Shown: one piece after another, positions 8,821-15,285 of the stretch
How positions within the stretch are numbered: the stretch's first letter is position 1
Layout: the number at the start of each line of letters is the position of its first letter
Assembly: GCA_963977445.1 (NCBI GenBank)
Contig: CAXBPH010000166.1
Coordinates: forward strand, 1-15,285
Reading direction: 5' to 3'
DNA: 15,285 nucleotides
Source of the DNA: an uncultured bacterium
Lineage (GTDB): Bacteria; Hydrogenedentota; Hydrogenedentia; Hydrogenedentales; JAEUWI01
The notes under the pieces: model-generated
Database searches by the model: none
Seen by the model: only the letters and a program-made list of their open reading frames with translations
What the model was told of the DNA's origin: nothing
Translations under genes and position numbers: made by a program

Positions 8821-8923
8821 CTATATCTGGGCTTCGTTATCGCCCCGTTATCTCTGATTTGCGGAAATAGCGCCTTTCCACACCTTTTTCTCAAGTGTTT
8901 TTCCCGCTCGTGTGCCCCCGGTC

Positions 8924-9094
8924 TCCTTGGACTTCCTTGGGGTGCCAAGAATCGCTTTATCCCGTCCCGTCTATACCTTGAGATTCTGCGACCTGACTGG
9001 AGAATTCGTGCAAGAGGTGACCAAGGTAACCGCGATTGCGCCGTGTCGGAGCGCAGCCTTTTAGCGGTCCTCGGGCATCCTCGGGAAATCTTGG
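8924..9094. repeat. 10-bp-phased TCCTYGG direct repeats
   Basis: TCCTTGG at 8924 and 8934; TCCTCGG at 9068 and 9078; degenerate ATCTTGG at 9088; partial inverted copies CCAAGA (8945) and CCAAGG (9021). Confidence 0.55.
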
Positions 9095-10208
9095 AGAGTC
9101 CGTATTGATGAGGCTCTTTGCCGTGGTGCTGGCGTATTGAGAGGTAGACATGCCTTCGCTCTGGAACAAACAGGCAACCTCACCAACGCCGCATGTCCCT
9201 GTTTGCCTGTAAGCCATTGACGATAGGCACCTTATTCCCTTGGTAATAAGCGACAAAAGCGCCTCACAGGGCATCCTGGGGCTTCTGAGAGGGTCTCTCA
9301 GTGCGTGCCTACTCTTAGGCCTGATGCCTTGCATGTGAACGTGACCGGTCCGATGAAAGCCAGCATGCTCGCGGTTGTGCCACCAATGGACGCGGTGGGT
9401 AAGCGGGAAGCCAGCCCGATGCGCTTCGGGAGTGTTCCTTCATTGAGTGAACATGGTCCGGGTGATCCATTCCATCGCGATGGGACACCGCGTACGGGGC
9501 CTGCCGCTCATCTAGACCGTAATACACCCCGTAATAGGCCCCGAATGCAGTGCAATTGCCCAGGTTGCACGGTCCAATGTCCTCGATTTCCTTCATCCAA
9601 GCCCATCGGTCACGTTTAGCTTGTCTTCCAGTCCTTCGAGGAGGCTTCGAATGGGCTTCAAGCGGGCGAGAAGAGGAAGAAAAACCAACAAGAACCATCA
9701 TTGCGAGAGAAAGGATGCTCGCTAAGCTCACGAAGGTTTGACCCAACGGGACGCTGCGGACTGGCTGCGCCAATCCTCGCTTTAAGAGAAGAGTCCTCGT
9801 CTGCGGCACGACTCCGCTTCGCTACGACACGCCTCGACTTCGTCGAAACAAGCGGACGTTCGAGTAGGAACGAAGGGTACCCCCAGGGGGGAAAACCTTC
9901 CCCCCAGGGCAGAAACAGCACCTCAATTACTAAATTTCTGGGATTTTTTGCCCGCAGTTTTCCAGACCATTGCGCCCAAACTACTTCTTGCGCTCTACAG
10001 TACCAATTACTTCTATAGTAATTGTGATTGAATCCCGCCATCAATGCGTCAGAACCTCTGAAAATCACTATGTTGGGGTGTCGCCGATTAGCAATCGTAT
10101 CAACGTACTGTAAGGTCCGCAGGTTGTGTCGGCCCAGACGTGGCGTGCATGTCGGCCAGTTCAGCTTACGCTGCTACTGGTGAACGGGAGCCTACCCCCA
10201 CACACAAC

Positions 10209-10241
10209 AAAAGCACGGAAGCTATCAGCCTCCGTGCTTTT
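10209..10241 (-). terminator. Intrinsic terminator (possibly bidirectional) downstream of the small ORF
   Basis: AAAAGCACGGA (10209-10219) pairs with TCCGTGCTTTT (10231-10241). On the minus strand the stem extends through a G.U pair (GGAGGCU-GAU-AGCUUCC) and ends in UUUUGUU. Confidence 0.8.
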
Positions 10242-10254
10242 CTGTGCCTACTCG

Positions 10255-10398
10255 TTAGAGCCAGCCATCCAGCCTCCAATTAAACGTAATACCGAAGAGC
10301 CCGAACAGTATCTCCAGCGGTGCGATAACGAAGAAGTACGCCACCCCCGCCATGAAGCACTCAAACGTGCCGGGATGATCACAAACAAATCCACCCAT
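10255..10398 (-). CDS. Small hydrophobic membrane protein, 47 aa (not in ORF track)
   Basis: MGGFVCDHPGTFECFMAGVAYFFVIAPLEILFGLFGITFNWRLDGWL. Strong AGAGGAG SD 9 nt upstream, one long hydrophobic stretch, terminator 13 nt after the TAA. Confidence 0.65.
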   Translation of the reverse strand: MGGFVCDHPGTFECFMAGVAYFFVIAPLEILFGLFGITFNWRLDGWL

Positions 10399-10516
10399 AA
10401 CAGCTTTCTCCTCTTGTCACGCCCCCCTCCGAGAGCCAATCCCCCGAATTTGGGCTGACTTCAACATAACATCCTTGCGCACGAATCGCTAGGCGCGGGT
10501 AAATCATAAGTAAAGT

Positions 10517-10978
10517 TTATAGTCGCACCCCAGTTATCGTTTGTTCGCCGCTAATGCAATCGAAGTCAAAACAAAAATTAACGATGCCATCACCGCTCAA
10601 GCTATCTTCATCGACAATCAGATTATACGTAAGATCCTGTCTCAATAAGACGCCATCTATTGTCCTCTGATCTGAAATATCAGAAAGAACCGAGTTTGGC
10701 GATGTTTCGCGCCAAGTGCCAGCGATTTCATCGTTACCATCAGCCGTGGGCATCGTCCAAGTACCCCAGCCGGTAAAGTTCACGACAGCGGTATCGGTGC
10801 CTACAAATTCACCATCATCAAATGATTCAATGAACAGTCTCCAGTTGCCGACAATCGGATGGTTGGCACTTTCGGGACATCCCGCCAGCCCGATGCACAC
10901 TGCAACAACAACCAATGCCTGAACCCAGTTCCCAAGTGCACGTTTCCAACTAAATCGAAATACGAGTTTCTTGCCCAT
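10517..10978 (-). CDS. Putative lipoprotein, beta-rich (lipocalin-like) fold
   Basis: ATG 10978 with an AAGGAG SD. Basic n-region, hydrophobic h-region and lipobox LAG-C. Followed by PIVGNWRL (GxW motif typical of lipocalin-like barrels), an acidic beta-strand-like pattern and a CFDFDC Cys pair. Confidence 0.75.
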   Translation of the reverse strand: MGKKLVFRFSWKRALGNWVQALVVVAVCIGLAGCPESANHPIVGNWRLFIESFDDGEFVGTDTAVVNFTGWGTWTMPTADGNDEIAGTWRETSPNSVLSDISDQRTIDGVLLRQDLTYNLIVDEDSLSGDGIVNFCFDFDCISGEQTITGVRL

Positions 10979-11148
10979 GGTCAATCGCTCCTTAAGTTTG
11001 CGGCCCCGGCAAACTACCCCCGGCACCCATCTTGTTCCCAAAACCCCAAGGGCACCAATGACCCAATGGTGGTTCACCTTAGAGCATTCTTGTTCCCTGC
11101 GTCAAACGGCACATTTGGCGATCAAGTCGCTGCCTTGAGAGTTAACTA

Positions 11149-12799
11149 GTTTCTGTGGCGGATAGCCTTTTTTTTCTCCCCTATCGAACCACATAAGGTC
11201 TATCCCCTCAAAAAGAGTCGAGATTCTCCGCAATCGGGCGAATTCGGGTGCTTATCGCTAGATTCAAGTGGTGTTTGGGCACGTCGGCCCGTTACCCCTC
11301 GGGTTTTGCTTCAATTTTGGGTTCGATTCGCTACGGCTGGGCGAGCAACACCAGGTTGTGGCAGAACACCGCGCAGCCGACGCTGGAGGCAAAATTCTTA
11401 TATCCCTTGAAAAGGCACCGCTTGAGTTTGAACGCGCGTTTTAGCACGGAGATGGTGCCTTCGACCCCAGCGCGGAAACTTTGTCCGGCCCGAAACGCCT
11501 CCGCGTGCTCTCGGTCTGCCTCCTTCTGGGTGCGGCGGCCCTTTTTGCAGATGGATACGGTTTCTATTTCCTGTTCGAGTTCCGCAAGCTGCCGTACGCT
11601 TTCATAAAAGCCCTTGTCGGCCGCCAGCGTTTCGGGAGGGCGACCGAAAAGACTGCGATGAGCGTCGAGCGTCTCGCTCAACAGGTCCTTGTCGTCTTCG
11701 CGTTCGGGCATTGTGCGGTAGTGGGTGATGAATTTCTCGCCCGTCTGCGCGATGAGAACCTTGTGCCCAAACTCGATCGGCTTGCCGGCCTTGCCCCGCT
11801 TCAAGAGCTCGGTGTGCTCCTCGAAGAGGCTGTAGACCTTCTCGCCTGCGGGCACCACCTCGCCCTCGAAGATGCGCCGTTGCGCCTGGTCGATGATGCG
11901 CTCCACGGTCGGTGTGTACAGCGCGAGTTCCGGTGCCTCCAGGGAGGCGGGGGAAGCCGCTGTTGCACGTCCTTGCTCACGCCTACAATCCAGCAGACAC
12001 GCTCAATCAACGTGCCGTAGCTGCGCTTTACCTTGCGTTGCGTGGCCTTGCTTGAGCTCTTGGCGTTGCGGGCGATGTAGAAGGCCAGCTTCTTTACCTT
12101 CTTGTCGTGGTAGCGGTGCTTCAAGCCCAGTTCCGGCCACGCCTGTTGCGCCTGCCGGAGAATGCGGCAAAGAACGCGGAAGCTATCCCACAGCAGCGAG
12201 GAATCCGTGGGGTAATGAATGTTGGCCTCATAGGCCGTCGTGTCCGTGCGCAGCTTCTCGCCGCAGATCCATGCCTCCTCCTTCGCGTACCGCGCCAGGG
12301 CCAGATTCACCGCCTTCCACGTCTCCTCCGACAGCGCCGCGAACGCCTTGCCCACGAACGAGAAGTCCATCATCGGTTTGGCAAAACCCAGCCCCACGAA
12401 GCTCCGCAGGAAATCGCTATTCTCGATACGTATCACCACATCCCGGTAACTGTCTCCTTCCACAAACATTACCACCAGCGACCGCAGAATCTCCTCGGAC
12501 GTGTACCGGCTTTCCCGGCCCGACTTCGAACGCGACAGCCATTGACAGAAGTCCCCGTGGACCAGATCCAACACCGCTGGGTTCGCCACTAGAAGGTCGT
12601 TGATGGTGCCGTACTTCTGCCGGTAGGCGGCAACGACCTTCGTCGGGCTTGACGGGAGTATGAAATCCAAGTACATTTGACTCACTGATTTGGTTCTCAT
12701 GGCCTGCTCCTTTCTGTGATTGGTGTCACAGGTGTTTTGTGCAAGAGGAGTAGGCCATTTGTTTGTCATTTTGTCAACTCAACTATCCGCCACAGAAAC
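11149..12799 (-). mobile_element. Insertion sequence, ISNCY/IS5-like, 1651 bp
   Basis: Perfect 17-bp terminal IRs GTTTCTGTGGCGGATAG (11149-11165) and CTATCCGCCACAGAAAC (12783-12799). Flanked by the direct repeat TAACTA (11143-11148 and 12800-12805). Encodes a DDE transposase. Confidence 0.92.
11331..12700 (-). pseudogene. DDE transposase (ISNCY/IS5-like) split by a single frameshift near 11949-11953
   Basis: ATG 12700 with an AAGGAG SD. The N-terminal frame has LRTDTTAYEANIHYPTD. The C-terminal frame has GKAGKPIEFGHKV, LAADKGF and FRAGVEGTISVLKR. Adding one base in the G5 run (+ strand 11949-11953) fuses the two into a 456-aa protein. Confidence 0.85.
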
Positions 12800-12965
12800 T
12801 AACTAAGGAGACGCACATCAACCGTTTCATCAACACCATCCACGATCATGGTGTTGGATTCGACAAGCATGACATCGGGCATTTCCAAGCTATCCTGTCG
12901 TTGAGGGGGCATGCTAATATCTACGTTCTCACAACATGGTCATAAAACAGAGGGCGATTCATATA

Positions 12966-15285
12966 ATGACGGCATTGGCAGAATTACTGGAACACTTCCG
13001 GACGACGTCCCAATCGGAAAGCGAAAAAGGCACCTACTTCGAAGAGCTTATACGGTGCTATTTTCGCTATGAGGCCACTTTTAAAGATCTCTACAGCGAT
13101 GTGTGGCTCTATTCGGATTGGGCAAAATCTCAGGGCATGGCGGGGCACGATACGGGCATCGATTTGGTGGCCAAAACCAGCGGCACGGAAGAATACCACG
13201 CCATTCAATGTAAGTTTTATGACCCGGACCACAAGATCCAGAAGTCGGATATTGATAGCTTCTTTACCGCCTCGGGGAAAAAGCCCTTTACCCACCGCAT
13301 CATTGTGACCACCACCGACCATTGGGGCATACATGCCGAGGCGGCCTTAATCGACCAGCAGCCCGCCGTGACCCGCATCGACTTGGTGGATCTCGAAAAC
13401 AGTCAGATTGACTGGAGCGCATACAAGCACCAGAAAACGCCGGTGCTCAAGGCCAAGAAAAGCCTCCGGCCCCATCAGGAAGAGGCCCTCGAGCGGGTCA
13501 CTACCGGACTCCAGACCGCCGACCGGGGCAAGCTCATCATGGCCTGTGGCACGGGAAAGACCTACACCAGCCTCAAGGTCGCCGAAAAGGTCGCGGGCAA
13601 GGGCAAACGGGTCCTGTTTCTGGTGCCGAGCCTTTCCCTCTTGTCCCAGACCCTCACCGAATGGACCCAGGAAAGCGTCACGCCCCTCCACAGCTTCGCC
13701 GTGTGCTCCGATAGCGACGTGGGCAAGAAGCGGGTCGCCAACGAAGATATCGTCACCACCTTCGCCCATGAACTGCGCTACCCGGCCACCACCCACGCCA
13801 AAAGCCTCGCCGTGGAGATGAAAAAGCGGCACGACGCCCAGCACATGAGCGTGGTCTTTTCCACTTACCATTCCATCGACGTCATCAGCAAAGCGCAGAA
13901 GAAATTTGGACTGGATGACTTCGCCCTCATCGTTTGCGACGAAGCCCACCGCACCACCGGAGCGACCCACGCCGACGGCATCGAAAGCAGTTTTGTAAAG
14001 GTCCACCAGAACGACTTTATCCGGGCGGACAAGCGCATCTACATGACGGCCACGCCCCGCATCTACGCCGACATCGCCAAGGCCACGGCCATCCAAGATG
14101 ACGTGGTGTTGTGCTCCATGGACGACGAAGAACTCTATGGCCAGGAATTGCACGTCATCAACTTCTCCGAGGCCGTGGCCCGTGGTTTGCTGGTGGATTA
14201 CAAGGTCATCGTCTTAACGGTAGACGAGGCCCACATCAGCGCCCGGCTGCAAGACTTGCTCAAAGACACGAACAACCAGATTAATGTGGACGATGCGGCG
14301 AAAATTGTGGGCTGCTGGAAGGCCCTGAGCAAGCAAGACCAAGAAGGCGCGCTGGTGGATGATGCCGAGCCCATGCGCCGGGCCGTGGCCTTCTGCCAGG
14401 TCATTGAGGCGAAGCTGGGGGCAAAAACCGGTAAGGTCAGCTCGAAGAATATCGCGAGCATGTTCCAGGCCGTCGTCGAAGCCTATCAGGAGCAGGAACC
14501 CGATCACGCCAGCCTCCACTGTGAAGCCGAGCATGTGGACGGCAGCATGAACGCTACCGAGAAGGAAGCCAAACTCGACTGGCTCAAGGCCGAAGCCCCC
14601 GAGGACACCTGCCGCATCCTGAGCAACGTCCGCTGTCTTTCCGAAGGCGTCGATGTGCCCGCGCTGGACGCCGTCCTCTTTCTCACCCCCCGCAATTCCC
14701 AGGTGGACGTGGTCCAGTCGGTGGGCCGGGTCATGCGCAACGCCCCCGGCAAGAAACGGGGCTACGTCATCCTCCCCGTGGTGATTCCCGAAGGCATGAA
14801 GCCCAGCGAAGCCCTGAATGACAACAAAGTCTACAAGGTGGTGTGGGAAGTCCTCCAGGCCCTCCGTTCCCACGATGACCGCTTCGATGCCCTGATCAAT
14901 AAGCTCGATCTCATCGGCAAAGACGCGAAGAAAATGGAAGTCATCGCCATCACCGACAAATTGACCAAGAAAGGCGAGAAAAAGAAGGGTCAGAAAGAAA
15001 CCGGCAAAGGCCAACACAGCATCGGCGCGGCGGGGCAAGATAACACCCCCATCCCCGAGCAAACTCAAATTCAATTTCAGATGGGCGAAATCGAGCGGGC
15101 CCTTTATGCCAAGGTGGTGAAGAAATGCGGTACTCGTGACCACTGGGAGAAGTGGGCAGGGGACATTGCGCGCATCGCCAAAACCCATATCACCCGCATC
15201 CGCACCATCATCGAGAACCCCAAAAACACCAAAGAGGTGGCCGCCTTCACCGCCTTCGCCAATGAATTGCGGGACGATCTCAATG
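12966..15285 (+). CDS. Type ISP-like restriction-modification enzyme (Mrr-type nuclease + SF2 DEAH helicase; LlaGI/LlaBIII-like), truncated by the window end
   Basis: Starts at ATG 12966 (MTALAELLEHFRTTSQSESEKGTYFEEL) with no stop seen before the window end. Nuclease motifs DTGIDLVA...AIQCKFY; Walker A MACGTGKT; CDEAHRTTG; MTATPR; CLSEGVDVP; QSVGRVMR. The methyltransferase and recognition domains would lie beyond the window and are not observed. Confidence 0.9.
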   Translation, partial: MTALAELLEHFRTTSQSESEKGTYFEELIRCYFRYEATFKDLYSDVWLYSDWAKSQGMAGHDTGIDLVAKTSGTEEYHAIQCKFYDPDHKIQKSDIDSFFTASGKKPFTHRIIVTTTDHWGIHAEAALIDQQPAVTRIDLVDLENSQIDWSAYKHQKTPVLKAKKSLRPHQEEALERVTTGLQTADRGKLIMACGTGKTYTSLKVAEKVAGKGKRVLFLVPSLSLLSQTLTEWTQESVTPLHSFAVCSDSDVGKKRVANEDIVTTFAHELRYPATTHAKSLAVEMKKRHDAQHMSVVFSTYHSIDVISKAQKKFGLDDFALIVCDEAHRTTGATHADGIESSFVKVHQNDFIRADKRIYMTATPRIYADIAKATAIQDDVVLCSMDDEELYGQELHVINFSEAVARGLLVDYKVIVLTVDEAHISARLQDLLKDTNNQINVDDAAKIVGCWKALSKQDQEGALVDDAEPMRRAVAFCQVIEAKLGAKTGKVSSKNIASMFQAVVEAYQEQEPDHASLHCEAEHVDGSMNATEKEAKLDWLKAEAPEDTCRILSNVRCLSEGVDVPALDAVLFLTPRNSQVDVVQSVGRVMRNAPGKKRGYVILPVVIPEGMKPSEALNDNKVYKVVWEVLQALRSHDDRFDALINKLDLIGKDAKKMEVIAITDKLTKKGEKKKGQKETGKGQHSIGAAGQDNTPIPEQTQIQFQMGEIERALYAKVVKKCGTRDHWEKWAGDIARIAKTHITRIRTIIENPKNTKEVAAFTAFANELRDDLN

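Noticed and set aside
9150..9212. 20-aa ORF MPSLWNKQATSPTPHVPVCL with a GAGG SD
   Set aside because: Too short and featureless to distinguish from chance.
9315..9809. ORF containing PDHVH, reminiscent of the HUH motif of Y1/RAYT transposases
   Set aside because: The surrounding sequence lacks the other family motifs and the downstream catalytic Tyr context; likely coincidence. BLASTX would settle it.
9301..10200. Possible group II intron starting at GTGCG (9301)
   Set aside because: I found no domain V-like hairpin and no reverse transcriptase ORF.
10248..10458. Track ORFs 10248..10439 (-) and 10126..10458 (+)
   Set aside because: The alternative frame 10398-10255 has a strong SD, a coherent hydrophobic helix and a correctly placed terminator.
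12388..12396. CCAGCCCCA match to the tRNA-Thr 3' end as a possible second att site
   Set aside because: Only 9 bp and inside the transposase coding sequence; expected by chance.
12763..12945. 60-aa ORF at the IS right end as a remnant of an IS-interrupted gene
   Set aside because: It begins inside the IS, and rejoining the empty site puts an in-frame TGA (11136-11138) just upstream, so no continuous gene is restored.
12984..15188. Minus-strand ORFs 12984..13334, 13347..14153 and 14214..15188
   Set aside because: Antisense shadows of the Type ISP-like gene on the + strand.

Overview
High-GC bacterial window with two parts. Left (1-8820), apparently core chromosome: a minus-strand run of a polytopic GT-C-like membrane protein, a secreted SGNH/GDSL hydrolase, a soluble two-PAS histidine kinase, an OmpR/PhoB-family response regulator and a STAS anti-anti-sigma factor. 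A second large membrane protein is divergently transcribed and is followed by a tRNA-Phe(GAA)/tRNA-Thr(CGT) pair with a promoter and terminator. Right (from ~8821), accessory or island-like DNA: ~1.4 kb with no convincing CDS but with helically phased repeats and many hairpins; a lipoprotein followed by an unannotated 47-aa hydrophobic small ORF and a terminator; a 1651-bp ISNCY/IS5-like insertion sequence with perfect terminal IRs, a target-site duplication and a frameshifted transposase; and the 5' part of a Type ISP-like (Mrr-type nuclease + SF2 helicase) restriction-modification gene. That last gene runs off the window and is missing from the ORF track. No integrase is visible. I cannot demonstrate a new system from sequence alone. 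The best leads are the lipoprotein/small membrane peptide unit and the structured non-coding region behind tRNA-Thr.
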